From Perna viridis (taxonomy: Eukaryota), in NCBI GenBank assembly GCA_037379345.1, contig CM074514.1, forward strand, positions 30,070,001 through 30,134,000: a DNA stretch of 64,000 nt. The letters run 5' to 3'. Position numbers and translations under genes: made by a program. This document shows, in pieces, positions 39,501-54,500 of this stretch. A model generated the notes under the pieces. It worked only from the letters and a program-made list of their open reading frames with translations. It had not been told where the DNA came from and searched no databases. Position 1 is the stretch's first letter; the number at the start of each line of letters is the position of its first letter.

Positions 39501-42500
39501 CAGCTTTATTTGTTTATAACAGTATGTTTGTAACGTGACTGCGACAGATCCTGACAACAGTCTGAATGGATCAATAGTCTATATGTTTGGCAGTACAACA
39601 TCATACCCACAATTTGAAATAGATCCACTAGGTATGGTTTACTTAAATATATCATATCATACTTTTTTGTTGTGTCAAAATTGTTATTATTGACCTTCCT
39701 TGAATATTGTACTTAAAAATATTGTGTGTATTATGGAGGCATTAACTCTAGAAAAGTGGCTGCTTTTTACTTATCTATCATTCATTATTCTAGAAGAACA
39801 AAGTTATCACATATTTGGAAGTGATATGGACGTTTTTGCACCTTTGATATTGCCAGAAATTGCAAGCCAATATCAGCCTTGGGCTGATAACTTTTTATCA
39901 GCCTGACCTCAACAGCAACATGAATGATATCAGCCCTTCATCGTTGGTATTGTAATTGGTAAAGAAAGTAGCATCCTGATTATAAATTAAATAATTTGTT
40001 TATGAATGAAGAAATTAGATTCAAATAAGACTTGAAATAGTTATTTAGAATTTTTTTGTACTGATTCAAGTATGCACTGAAAAGTTTATGACATTGTGTT
40101 TTCCACATCATTCCTTGCATCATCCCACAACCTATATCAGTCCTTGAGCAGGGCTTTTTGATCTTGATATTGAAGTCTTGTGTTGTAACACAGGTTGATA
40201 TGAAAAAATACAATGTTATAATTATTTTCATTGCAAAAAATATTTTGTATTTATAATGCTGAAAGCTATATGATTAGACCCCTCCCTCCCTGCAAACAAA
40301 GTTTGGGGGTATACTGGTTTCACCCTATCTGTCTCTCCGCCTGTCCATCTGTTCCATCAGAACTATTTTTTTTAGCAGCTTGCAGCATTGTTATGAGACT
40401 TTGTTGTGTTTAATATAACCACATGGACATGTGTATAATGTATGTTAGGGCAGAAATTGCAGAAGTGACATCTATTTGCATTTTCAGCAAAACTTAGTCT
40501 GATAAGTTGTCCACAACTTCTTCCTAACAACTTGTGGGATTGCAATGAAACTCAATGGGGTGTTAAATTACCATATTAGGATGTACATATTGTCAGGAAT
40601 TTATGTTTAAAGTAATTTTACAGTTATTTTCTGTCATTGTGTTGTCAACAACAAAAAATTGTACTGAATGCGGTTTGGAGTTGAGTCTTTTAGAAAAGGC
40701 ACCAAAAGTGATTAGTTTATCCCCAATAAAAATTGGGTCCAATATGAATCTTGTTTTCACATTGGTCCTCAAATATATGGGGTTCAACAGGCTGCAGGGG
40801 TATTAGTCTCGTTTGGGGCAATGTCTAATTATTATTGCTTTACCTGCATATTATTAATTATTTCTTATTGAAATGATTATCTTTATTGAATATTTAAGAT
40901 GGGTCAATAAGTACATTAGAGAGTCTGGATTATGAGCAGCAGTCTGAATACAATCTGACCGTCATGGCAATGGACCTAGGAACACCTGCACTCAACTCTA
41001 CATTAGACCTGACAATCCATGTTAGAGACATTTATGACACCGCTCCACACTTTCCACGATCTAAATACGAGATATCAGTGGACATTAATGAACCGATTAA
41101 TTCTTTCATAACAACAGTCTCTGCTGGTCCATATGGTGCTAATTACAATATAGAAGGTATGAACAAGTCTTACAATCTATTATGCCATTGAGAATAGTTT
41201 TTTTTTATTTATGTTTTTCATACTTTATAATTAACCATAATCCAAAGAATTTTGATAATCATGGTGTGAATCATGAATAGAGAGGTACATTAGTTAAAGA
41301 ATATACCAGTACCCTCACTGAGGCATTATGGGCATTAAGTGTTACTGATGTCTGTACATGGGTCTGTCTGTACAAATGAAGGTCAGTCTGGCCCATAATT
41401 TTTCAACATCTTAAACATATAACCCATCATGTTACGAAGTTTATATAAGGTATCAGCATGATACCAGTAAGGAAGTGATATTGTTTGTCTAAAATTAGCC
41501 TTAATAAGATGAATTATTGGCCAGGTTGCAATCATACAAATAGTCTTATAGAATGCTGAATGGTTGGAGGCAGAGAAAATGTTTTCATAACATTTTTCTC
41601 AGCAACTATATATATTACTGCCACTAGATATTTGGTACACAACTTCAGTTTGGGGTCCTTTATTATAGGATGCAATTTCAGGTCTGTTGCACTTCTACTT
41701 TCTGTTTACCGACATGGTGTATTTTTCAACATTTCCAATCAAATGCATATTTTATGGTAACCTTGCCATTTCTGTTTATGACCCATTTTTTCCCAATTGG
41801 TGGTAGAAATGTAGGATATGTTCAAAATTAAGCAGATTAATATGACTTGTCTTTTTTATTTGATCCTTTATAAAATTTATGTTTTTAGCAAAAAATACAA
41901 GGCTTTCTACCATTATTCAAAATTTTCCATTTCAGAGAAAAAATGATACATAATATTCTCAATTAAAAAAGAGTGATGCAGTTTTGAAAAAAACCAAAAC
42001 AATATCACTGTTTGAAGTTGTACCTTGTCTGATTCTTGTAACTTGGTTATTGGGATATACTACTGTCAACCAGACATCTAATTTCACTTAAGTAGCACTC
42101 CATATAAGAATCATGCAAAATGTGATTTATGGTTGTAAAGCCTACATATTTTGATTTTTTATATTTTGTTTAAAATATCATAGTAAACCGAAAGTAACAT
42201 GTTGTTTTTCATATAACCCAGGAGATAAAAATTATATATAATGCACTGTAGATTTTAAAATCAAGGGGGATATAGACCCTTAAAACAACTTAATTTCAAA
42301 GATAAAAATATGTAGCTTTTTTTGGGGTGTATCATATTTTTCAGATTTTGCATGATACAAAGACACCTAATTAAATGTACATGTCCTTACTTTTGTAATT
42401 TTTCAGCTAAAACTGTTACACTGTTCAAAGGAGTAGTTTTAGCATGTATTCCATGTTACATTTCAACATACCTAATTTGTGTTGTTTTGTCTTGAAAATA

Positions 42501-45500
42501 TTTATGACTGTTGTTTTTAAATTTGGTATATAGTTTCAGCCAGAGGAGATTTTTAAGACTTTCTTTAATGAATATTCTACTTCTTGTTAACAGATTGGTT
42601 GAGTCTTTGAAGTGAGGGCATGTATGTTCTATGGACAATCAATTACCATCATTGATAACAATTACATCTGAAAACTACAAGTATTATGCTGGTCAAGTAG
42701 TAGTTCTTGCTATCAAGAAATTCTCACCAATTAAATTTTCATCCTCTCCTATGAAACAAGTTCTTGCCCATAATTTAAGAAAAAAATTCTTTATAGATTG
42801 CTTATATTTTTCTCTCAAAAATGAGCTGTCATGCAACGATTTTCCTTGAAGAATTAAATTTGTTGAGTAGATTGGCGATAACTGCTTCCGTTTACAGAAT
42901 GGGGAGTAGTATTAGTATTACTGGTTATCTAATCAGATACTTACAACCAATGCGAGACAATTGTGGTTGAGTCAGGTGCATTTTGAGGTAGGAATTATAT
43001 GTCAACATTTTTGCCACTCTTTACATATGTATGGTATTTGTTATTTTAGACGGGAACAGAGGAAATCATTTCCAGATCAACCCAACATCAGGGGAGATAA
43101 CTCTGTCCAGCAGGTTAGGTACAGCAGTTCTGGAGTATACACTGAATATATCAGCATCTGATAGCACTACTACAGATTACACCAAGGTTAGATTGACAAT
43201 TTATTATGTGGACAGCAATGATTTGTAAATGTCATTAGTTTTTACTGTGTTTGTTAAGTTATTTTTTGTAGTTTTTGAGTACCACAAATTTTAATTCTAT
43301 CAGAAATTGCAAATGTTTTGTTGAAATATGTGCCATTTAAATTTGAAGGGAAAATTATGGATTAGTTAAAACATCTTGTTTCCTTCATCATGTGGCAAAT
43401 TGCTGTGAGTTTAGAAGTAATGTTATTTTACACATTAATGAGATTTTAGCTTTATGTCAAAATACTCTCTCATTGTAAAACCTTACAGTAATTCCTTTGT
43501 TTACAGTATTTTTTTAATAAACTTTTTCAGATTAAGAACGTAAACATTTTATTTTCTTGTTCCTGTGTTTCGTTCTATTATATTGTGTAACATAACAAAG
43601 TTCATTAATTTTTATGTCATAAAAAAACAAGACTTCTTCAACTAGCTACCAAAATTTCGTAGTAAAATGTAAAAAGGCTTATAGTATGATTTACCATTTA
43701 TATCTATATACAGGTCCTTGTTCATATAATCACGGGCAATGTTGAGAAGTTCAACAATAGATTCACAGCATTTGTGCCAGAGAACACAAATGGAACATAC
43801 AGACTTATAGACCTGAACTATACTGACGGGAGCAATGCTGTGTTCAAGTACGAGCTTCAGGAAATCATTCCTAACGGTAGGCACAGTACTCTATGAATTA
43901 TCCTTATAAAGTAACCCTCATAATCATAGACCTGAAGGCAAGCAACCACAATTATATTTTATATGCAGTTTAATGTACACATTTGAACAGTTTAAAAAAT
44001 TTCACCTGCACAAACTTAATAAAATTTTCTGTCTTAGATGCCTCCAAGTGGGATTTGGTATAAAAAAAATTTGTCATTTTTTATTAATTAATGTATGTGA
44101 TCTAGAAATGAGGTAGACATGTCAAATGAACAGTGCTAAAAGTCCTAAATTTTGACCTTCTTCCACTGGGCCAAATTACAACTTACAGTTAGAATTGATT
44201 CATTAAAAAACCACATGTAATTATGTCCCTAGTTCTGTTAAAAAGTAATAAAACTTAAGCAAAAAAGTTTCATGAAATAATGAATTAAAAAATATGGAAA
44301 GAACCCCCTATCAAATTGAAACATTATAATACAATGAAAGTTTAAGGGAAATAAATTGTGGTACAATATTTGAGTGTATCAATGGATGCCAATATAACCT
44401 GAATGTATCAATGGATGCCAATATCACCTGAATGTATCAGTGGATGCCAATATCACCTGAATGTATCAATGGATGCCAATATCACCTGAGTGGTGGATTG
44501 GGGGCAGGGGGCCTGGTCCCCCCCCCATTAGAAATTGTAATTTTTAAAAATTGTTGAAAAATTGTTCAAGATATCCTCAGGATACTGGATTTGAGGTTTA
44601 ATATTTCAAAAGTTTCTTCCCCAAACCCCCCTAGCAAATTTGGTTCACTAAGAAGAAATTTGTTTGGGGCCCCCCTTACCTAAAACTCTGGATCCTCCAC
44701 TGATGTTTCAATAGATAAACTACTATTATTACTTACTAATAATAAGTGTATTAATGATTTATTCTTAATTCAGCAATATAATAAACAGGGGAAGATCCAG
44801 ATATTTATTTATATTAAAAATTAAAGAAGAGGGATTTTCAACCCTTAAACTTATGAAATAAGGGTGGTCTAGGCTTTCATTTGCACACTTTTGCTCAAAT
44901 TATGCACAAATGCACAAAATTTTCCAACAACCTCCAGAATATTCCCCGAGAATCCACCTATGCTATACAAAACAGCTATAAAACAGAATTTTAATGGTTT
45001 GATGTTGTGCTTTGCTCTAATTTTTTTTTTTTTTTGGTTTTTAGATTATTAAGCTTTCTCATATCTTAGATTTCAAGTGGTTTGATAGATGGAATGATGG
45101 GTTACTGTGGGGTTTTAGGAAATCTTAAATTTGAGAAATCTGAAGTCGCTGTGAACATGGAAATCTGCTGCATTTGGGGTCAAAAAGTGTCTGCCAAAAT
45201 AACACCCATGCAAAACTTTCCCTGTTTAATTTGTGTAAGATATTTATACTGAGATGTCTGACCACCAAAATTACACCCAAACAAAATGTTTGACCAGCTA
45301 GACCACAAAAGTAATACCCCACAAAATTTCAATATTTACTGTACCGCATACTGAATGGCAATGGACTTGGTATAGACAAAATTTAAGCTAACAAGTTAAG
45401 CTTTTTTTGGTTCATCTCTCATTTAAGAAAACCAACATGTATTCAATATTATAAACATAGCTGTATACCCATTTTTTTACTGATACTGTAGTGACAAAAG

Positions 45501-48500
45501 GGATGAAAAGTAGCATCCTGAAAACCTGAATTGAAAATCATGAATCAATAACGAGCATTTTGTTTTAGTTACCAATGTGTTTAAGTTGAATGAAACAACT
45601 GGAGAGTTATTCTGTATAGCCAAACTAGATAGAGAAATGATGGACAAGTATGAAGTACATGTTAGAGCTAAGGTATCTTCAAATAGAAGAAAAAGAGGTA
45701 AATTAATTACTAGTACACTCACTGCTTTGTTTTTAAGTACCAGTCCATATGAAATTCAGGCACTGCCTATGGTTAGGTGATTCGTGGTGTAGAAAAACCC
45801 ATGGGTCAGATGATGCATTTTTGGTCTACATATGCAATATTTGTATGTGACAATAGTCCTTTCTTTATTTAGATCTGTACTTTTGAGAAAACTGCACTTT
45901 AACATTTCACTAAAATCAACCAAATCAAACCAAATCAAGGACGACAACTCTTGCAAAGTGCTAATTTCAGATACAATCTAAATTTTATCTCAAAAGTGCA
46001 ACAACCAAATGTAAAAACTAAGGCTGGTTATGTGATCAAGATCTGTGTCTGAAAAAGAAATAAAACTGTATTTGGTGGGTTTTTGACATGCATGAATCAC
46101 CTCCTCTCTGATTTTTATAAAGACTGCTATTTAAGTACTTTGTGCAAATTAAAATTTGTTTTTATTCAGTTACAGACGATATAACCAGTCTCAGTTTGTC
46201 AATTGGTTGTTGCCCTTTTAAACAAAAGTCATATAGATTGTGTATGGAATTGGCCCATTGCAAGAGTTATCATTCTTGATTTGGTTAATATAATTGGGAG
46301 GTGAATGCATGTTTTTCTCAAAAATACAGCTCTAAATACAGAAATAAAATATATGGAGTATATGTACACAGAAATAAGTGGGTTTTCATAGACTGTTAGT
46401 CACCTCTACAACTGGCAGTGTCTGAATTTTATATGCAAAAGTACTTTTTTTAGTATATTATGTTATTTCATTATTTTATATGAAAGTTGAAGATCATATA
46501 TTTATGTGCATGAAAAAATATGTCTTGTCAAATTCTTGCACAGGGAGATAACCTCACTAATTTAACCATTTGAAAATATCAAAATACCAATCTAAAATAA
46601 ATTCTATGAATTTTGGTAAGCTGTAAATGTAACCCTCATCAGCAGCATTACAACCAAGTTTAAGGAGGTAAACCTAGAGTAAGGGACACAACTCTTACAA
46701 ATCATTGGAATGCTCGTATTTAGCATTTTATATAAATCTCATGTAAGCATCAAAGTAACTTGGATTGATTTCATTCTGTTTCAAATGAAAGCTTGATAGG
46801 TTTTGGTGAAATTGGATATGATACAAACATATCACTGATTTCAAGTTATGTCCCTTACCCTAGGTCTATCTCCTTATTACAAGGAATAAAGTGATTTTTG
46901 GGTTTTGAATTAGAATGACAGCTCTAGTCACTATAGAAAAGACATATTTTATCAAGACACATTTTTTTGTTACTTATATTCTTTTCTTCATTTAACCTTC
47001 CATGAGCAACTGTTTAATCTGATTTAAAGGATGCAGTTTTGTAAGTTCTGATGTTTATTTCTAGACTGATGTTTAGATCACTATTGTCAGGGGGATGACC
47101 ATTTGATATTTGGTGGGGGGATGTTGCTCAGAATATTTTTTCAAATCAAAAGATTTATTTTCACTGTGTTAAGGGATTTTTTCATACATCAAGTCAAATT
47201 CTTTATTTTCATTATGAGTAAGCATTATGTTTGGATCAGAATAATTTGAAAGAGTAATCAAGGGAAGCTATTTTGAAAGGATCAAAATATTATTTTTCCT
47301 GTCTTCAAGATCAAAATATTTATTTTCAAAAAGGTATGTGTCAAAATATTTAATATGAAATTCTTCCAAGGCTTCCCTCAAAATCAAAAGGTCTTCCCCA
47401 TATTGAAAAATGGCTTTCAGAAAGTTATACTTATAATTGGACATGAAATATATTGTATATCCTTTATCCAACAGACACCCTTGGAGAACTACTGGTTGTT
47501 ATTGTCAATGTGAAGGATGAGAATGATAATCCACCATCATTCACTTCAAATCAGATCATTACAATTGGAGTTCCAGATACTACTGGTGTAGGCGATCTAG
47601 TCACTACAATAATAGTAAGAAATTAATTCAGAAAACCAAAAGCAATGTTCCGGTGGAAACGTTATTGTTTGTTGGGTACAAAATATTTGGTTTTGTCATT
47701 GGTTCATATCATTATTCATGTTCCCAACAAGATATGAATATTATGCTCAAAACTTGAAGATTCTTCTCTAATCCACAAAGTCGTATCCATGATGATGAAC
47801 TAGCAAAATTTTAACAAACCATAACAAATTATACTACCCTATTGTATTTGACATATATATATAGTGATCATGTTGTCCATTCCTCCTTCTGTTCGTCTGT
47901 TTGTTCATCCACAATTTTTCTGTAACTGCTTATTTATACAACCATTTGATATTTTGACAGAAGTTTTACATAGGTATGCTGTATTGTGGCATTCAATTTC
48001 TGAAATGAAGCAACATCAATTTCCTGTTTGATGACTTTTCATATGATTACTGGGGTGGGTAGCAGGGATATCCTTCATTGAGTTTTGCTGAAAGATATAG
48101 TAGTTTTAATTAGGTTGAATTAAAAGCTTATAGGAAAACACATTAAGTTGAAATTCAAAAAATTAGTTTGCTGCTGTTTTCCCTTACATTCAGATTACAC
48201 TTTGGTGAAGGTTTTAGGTTTATATTTTTATTAAGTGTCCATTTTACAAACTGGATGGTTAGGACCAGCAACTCATCTTTTACATGTATTTTTCAAAATA
48301 AGTATTGAACTTGTTGAAGGCTATTGAATTTTGTTTGCTTAATTTGAAAAGATTGAACCTGCAGGGTAGATGAATAGTATTTGTGTTTTTGATATTTTAC
48401 AGGCAGATGATAAAGATTTAAACAGTACAATACAGTATAGTATATCTGGTGGAAAAGACAAGGATAAGTTTGGTGTTGGTAGTCTGACTGGTAAAATCTA

Positions 48501-51500
48501 CAGTAAAATAAAGGTTAAATATGGAAGAACTTACACAGTTGTGCTTACAGCTAATGATGGGAATTTTTCTACCAGTATCTCTGTAAAGGTAATTTTCAAA
48601 TCAATGTATGGAAAAGAGTAATTACATATCAAAATCAAAAGTATCACGCTACTTTGTTGAAGTATGGTTTAGAAAAAGTAGCACTTTATAAATAACGTAA
48701 TTATGACATGAACTGCCACTCTTAGTTTTATATGTGGTCATAAAGGTGTGACATAGGAAAGTAAAGCAGCACCATCTATCATTAATTCTTGGCTTGCTGC
48801 ACCACCTGGCATTAATTATGAATTTTGTCCAGTAATTTTGCAATTAGGTGTGTTAATTTTACATTGACGTCTGTTTGTTTTGGAAAAGAAACTAATGATT
48901 TTATTTTTGACTGTTAATTTTTAATTCAGTTTTGTTTTATATTGAAAGTAATTAATCTTTGATTAGCATTTCAATGTTTGTAAATTCATTTGTTTTGCTT
49001 TGTTTTGTTGTGCTTTTTTGCCCTATCTGCTGCCTATATGGAAATTTTCATGACAGATTTCTCATCTTTTATTGGAGAAAATGTTTAGATTTTTGTCATC
49101 GCTTTTGCATAAAGATTTAGTATTTTTTTAGCTGATGCATAAATTTGACAGAAATAGTTAAATGGGGGTATTCTTTAAATGATGTAGCTTAACCCTTCAC
49201 ATGTAGCCATATTTTTTATTGTGTATATTTCTTCCAGTTCCTCGTGATTTCCAACTCTAACAAAGTTGTATTGACTATACCTATACCAACGTCAGAGTTT
49301 GAAGTTAAGAATGAGACAATTCTGAGGTATTATATGGAACATTATTGTATTTTAGGATGTAATATACATCTTTGACAATATCTATGAATTTTCATTATAT
49401 TTTTTTTTACTGCAACATTTGACTTTAACATGGATTGAATGATGTAGATTTTCTGGTTACATGTAATATATCTCTGAATATTTTGTAGCATAAATTAAAT
49501 GAATGGTACTAGGACCAGTATTTATTTTGTTACATTTTGTTAAGTCTGTTATCAACAATTTTTCTGACTTGACTAAACCACAATAACCCAGGGTATTTAC
49601 CAGTTGTGCCAAGTATATTTATCTATTGGAATATCTATTGTTTCTTATACCTGGGAACAGATACACCAAGAGTGTGCTTTATTCCATAATTTTGATGGTA
49701 CAAATAATAAAAGTAATGTTTTACACCTTTTGAGAGGTACGGTGATATGCTTCCATCTGCCTACCCATTGGGTAGTCAGTGATTTCTAATGCACATTTGG
49801 GATTTTGGTAAAGTATAAAAATAGGAAATATGGTATGATCACCAGTGAGACAGTCATCCACCAAATACCAAGCAACGAACAATTAAACTTATACAGGTCA
49901 CAGCACGGTGTTCAGTGATAGGGAAAACCCATACCATAAAGCAAAGTGTGAAAAGCCCCAAAACAAATAAAGTGAAACTTTTTATAAAAGATGTGAAATT
50001 GAGTCCTAATCTATATAGTAAAAACACAAAATGAATAACAAATAATGTTATAGTGTTAGTCTTTATTGAAGGAAGAGCACTTTATCGTGGATTCACAGGC
50101 ATGAAATGTTCCAAAAATTTACCCCCACAATATTTTGAATCTTGCTCCACTTTAATGTCCCTCTTACCAGAAATCTTGAATACAGCCCTGTAGGTAAAAT
50201 TGGGGTTTTGGCATATAATATGCTCTAGTCCAGCTGTTTATTTTAGTAGATTCTTACTCAGACTACAATTTATAAGATACTGCAGTTGACTTGGTGCTTA
50301 GTACCAACATAAAAGTGCATTGTGACCACAGGGATGGATCTAGACACTTTGAAAAGGAGGGGTTCCTGAGAAAAAGGGGGATGCTAGGACATTATTTACC
50401 ATTTTTTGTCAATTTTACATTAAAATGGAAATGCCAACCCCCTGCACCCCTATTCTGGATCTGCCACTAGATCATCTGATATTACTTAATTCAAAAGTTC
50501 ATGCTTCGTAAAATGTAAACTGTAGGAGTGTCTTAACACAAACTTACATGTAGTCTTCAATAGAAGATGTTTATTTACAGGAATATCAGTACAATAGTAG
50601 GATTTAATGTGGAGATGGAGAAGTATGGAGTCCATGTTGATAGTCGTACCCACACTGTGGACCTCTCTAAGTAAGTTGGTTAGAAATATGGACTACATGT
50701 TGTAATCATGCTAGTATGTAATAAGGAAAGAAAATCTAGAAAATGAAGACCATTGGTTTGGAAGATTGACTGCATAATATATTCATGTTCCATGAGGCAT
50801 CTTAAAACAATAATTCTGACTATGGGTTGTAATTCTGTAATTTTTTAAACATCTAATAATGATCAATGAGCAAAAATACTGACAGAAAGAATGAACAACA
50901 AATCAAATCTGCTGTGAATTTTATAGGGTTAAAAGTTGATATTTATTTTACAGCTTTAATAATTGACTTCTCTCAATTTATATATTTTCAGAACAGATAT
51001 ATACTTCCATGGTATAAATGAAACAGTGGGCAGTGTCCTTTCTCAAGAAGAAGCTGTCAGGTATTACAGTTATTGAGGCTTTTTTATACACTCTCTTTTA
51101 AAAACCTGGAGTATGTAGTGAAAATGCTATTCCTTTGCTCGTCTATTCACATTTTTCATCCACAACTCCATCAAAATTGCTTAAGAGTCAAAATCTAGGA
51201 TAATTCGAACTAATTTCAAAGTGCCAGCAAAACTCTCCTTACTCCAATACACTTTTACTTCAGATGAATAGAAATCTTGGATAACTTGAGGTTTTCAATC
51301 AGTCCCCTCATAGGACTTTGAGGTTAACTAACCCTGTTGTCTCGAAGTCAATGAATAAGTCGGAAACTGGTTGCTTTATTACAAACCATGATTGAAGTGT
51401 GTTTTTACAACTATTAGCTTGGGTTTTTAAATTATTTGTTGACAGTATTTATGACCTTTATTTTTTGCAGTTAATGTTTGAAATGCTTTGATCATTGTAT

Positions 51501-54500
51501 GTAATTTTTTTTACTTTTTCTACAGTATTGTTGAAAGCAAGACCAAAGAGATAAACAGCTTGTTTTACCCAAGGAATATAACAGTAGTACGGTACCGTAC
51601 ATTGTTGGTGCCACCACAGGGAATGTCGGTGGCTGAAATAGCCCTTGTGGTGATTGGTGTGTTCATATTTGCTGCAACCTTAATTTCTATCATAGTGGCC
51701 CACTACACTTGGAAACAGTAAGCCTTTACATGCTATTATATCTATTCAGAGTTAGAAATAGTAGTCTGCCGGCCAGCCCGCAATTGGCTATTTTTTGGCA
51801 GGGCTGACTAATTTAAGCAAAAATTTATATAGCCATATAGTAAATATATTGAAAAATTGTATTCAATTTGACTGGCTAGAATTTGAGTGAGTTCCCTACC
51901 CTGATCTGTAATAAGATTTCAGTTCTGTAAAATCCTTAGACTGCACTGAAGGGTTTTTTTAACAGTAACTTCCTTGACTACCTTTTTTGGAATCGCATGG
52001 GTGGTAAATTAGGTTAATATCAAAGCAGAGCTCCTTTAAGAACAGTTTTAGAAGTTTAGTCCTTTCTACCATATCAGGATCACGGTTTATAAAAAAAAAA
52101 ATCCTTTCTACCATATCAGGGTCATGGTTCATAAAAAATAGTCCTTTCTACCATATCTGGATCATGGTTCATAAAAAAGTAGTCCTTTCTACCATATCAG
52201 GATCACAGTTCATAAAAAAATAGCAAAAATATAACCTTTCTCAACTGGACTCTTACCCTACCGGTGCACCTGGTTCATGCTCCCAGTTTTTTTGGAGTCT
52301 GAGTTGCTCATTTGCTTTTGTATGTATGATTTTAGTTACTTCATGTTCTTTGTTGTGTATGTCTGTTTTCCATATCTGGTCTTTGTCCCTGGATTACATT
52401 CTTTTGATTACCACTATAACCTTGGTTCCCTTGATTATTCTTTCAACTCAAATTTCAACCCAAAAGTGAGATCACTATAAAATTAGATTTAAAGAAGAAT
52501 TCAGATTGAAATAAAAGTCTAGGTGCTGAAAAATTATTATGTAATGAACAATAAGTGCACTTCCATTTTTGTCCTGCTAAAAGTGTTGTTTCCTATTCCT
52601 GCTAAAGAAGACATATGGTACTGTGAAAGTACTATTTTTCCGTGGGGTACCAATCTTCATGGTTCTTTGTGGGTAGGCCAGACCACAAAATTTTGTTCCC
52701 AACGAAAAGGAGATTTACATTGATATTTATATACAAAAAATCAAAACAACAAATTCAAAAAGCCAGGAACTTGTATTTCATCCGTAATCCATGAAAATAG
52801 GTATCCATGAATTAAAGTAATTTTTACAGTATTGAGATGTATGGGTCATACCATACCCAAGTTTACCAACGCTTACAGGAGTGGACATGCACTTCAGTAA
52901 TTATTAACATTAAATTAAAGTACCTAACTGACAGTTCGAGTCTAGTCACTTAAATTTTCTTCTTTTTTAATCAGATTCAAGTCCTCACAGAAGACATTAC
53001 AGGATAAGATTTGGGAACTAAATAGTATCCATTCATCACAGCTTAATGGTACTGTATCAATAAGACAGAATGAAACCGGAGCTGTCAATCCAGCCTTTAC
53101 AGAAACTTCACTGACAACAGCAGCCAATAACATGTAATTATTCAATACTGTTCTCTTATCATAGTGATTGTTCCAAAACCGGAAAAGTTGTTTTTGACAA
53201 CTTGTTACTTCCCCTTATCACAAGAATAAGTCATTTTGTTGCAATAAGAATGACAAATAACTCGTTAATAACCTTTTTCAGTTTGTACAAAAAGAGAAAA
53301 TGTTCAAAATAAGTAAGGTAACTTTTTGTAGAGAAATAGATATGGTGAAATGTAATGATGAAGCTGATGTAAGTGTATATGAAAGTTTGAATTTGAAGTA
53401 TCATTCACCACATAGTATTTTTTTTAAATATCTACTGCTATGACGTATCGTGGCTATTCAAAATATTTGCAATTTTATGAAATACAAAATCTATTTTTTT
53501 AATTGTAAATCATATTCATGATGACCTTGAAGTACTGTATAGGATCTCAGTTAATTTTATATAATGCTCAAAATTTACACTAGGTTCTAGTCTTTTTTTA
53601 ATTTGAAATTTAATGTAAGCTAAGATTATTGCAATTAGCACCTTTTTTGAATGTTAAATCTTAATAATGCAATCACAGTAGATTGAAACTTGTATAAATC
53701 AAACTCTAGATGAATAGAAAACCTGTTCAAGGGGATACAACTCTTACAAATCATTGGATTGTTTGTATTAAGCATTTTACATCAATCTCATTGAAGGATC
53801 AAAGGAACTTGGATTTATTTCATTCTGTTTCAAATGAAAGCTTGATTGACTTTAGTGAAGTTGAATATGATACAAAAACATCTCTGATTTTAAGAGTTAT
53901 GTCCCTTACCCTAGGTCTTCCTCTTTGAACCAGACACTTTTTGAACATATCATATTATCAGTTTAAAGTATTTTGAACCTGGGTAAACAAAACACCTGTC
54001 TGAACCAACATCTTCTAAAATCCAAAGGGTTTTGTTTTAGACTGGTTTCACTGTATCAATAATTTGAAAATTCTATTATTATTTTAAGACCGGTACCTTA
54101 CATCAAATTTAATCACTGGACCTGATGTTATAATTGCTCATTAGTTGTATTTAAATCTATGAACCACTGTTTCAGTGTTATGAATTATTGTGGTAAGATT
54201 TGGATGAATTGCTTGTATATTTTTAAGCAGCTCTCTAGCTAAGAATCATGCAAAATGTGATATATGATTGGAAAGCCTATAGTAAACGGAAATTAACATG
54301 TGGATTTTTTCAAATAAGCCTTGTTCTTAAGAGATATAATGATATAGAATGAATAGTAGATTTCAAAATAAAGGAAGATAACTCTGCAATAGAAACGGTT
54401 GGATTGCCTATTTGAATAATCTCCTAAGAACTTACAGATTGGAATGAATAGTTATACATTCCATCATATTAACCCATAAAGCTATTTAATAACAAAAATA

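Noticed and set aside
46170-46193. Possible 24-nt phase-1 microexon after RRKR (VTDDITSL)
   Set aside because: It preserves frame, but the donor (gtttgt) is weak, the region looks repeat-derived, and exons 32 and 33 join well without it. RNA-seq would be needed.
53332-53368. Possible 37-nt cytoplasmic cassette exon with a strong gtaagt donor
   Set aside because: It changes phase from 2 to 0, and I found no compensating exon before 56093.
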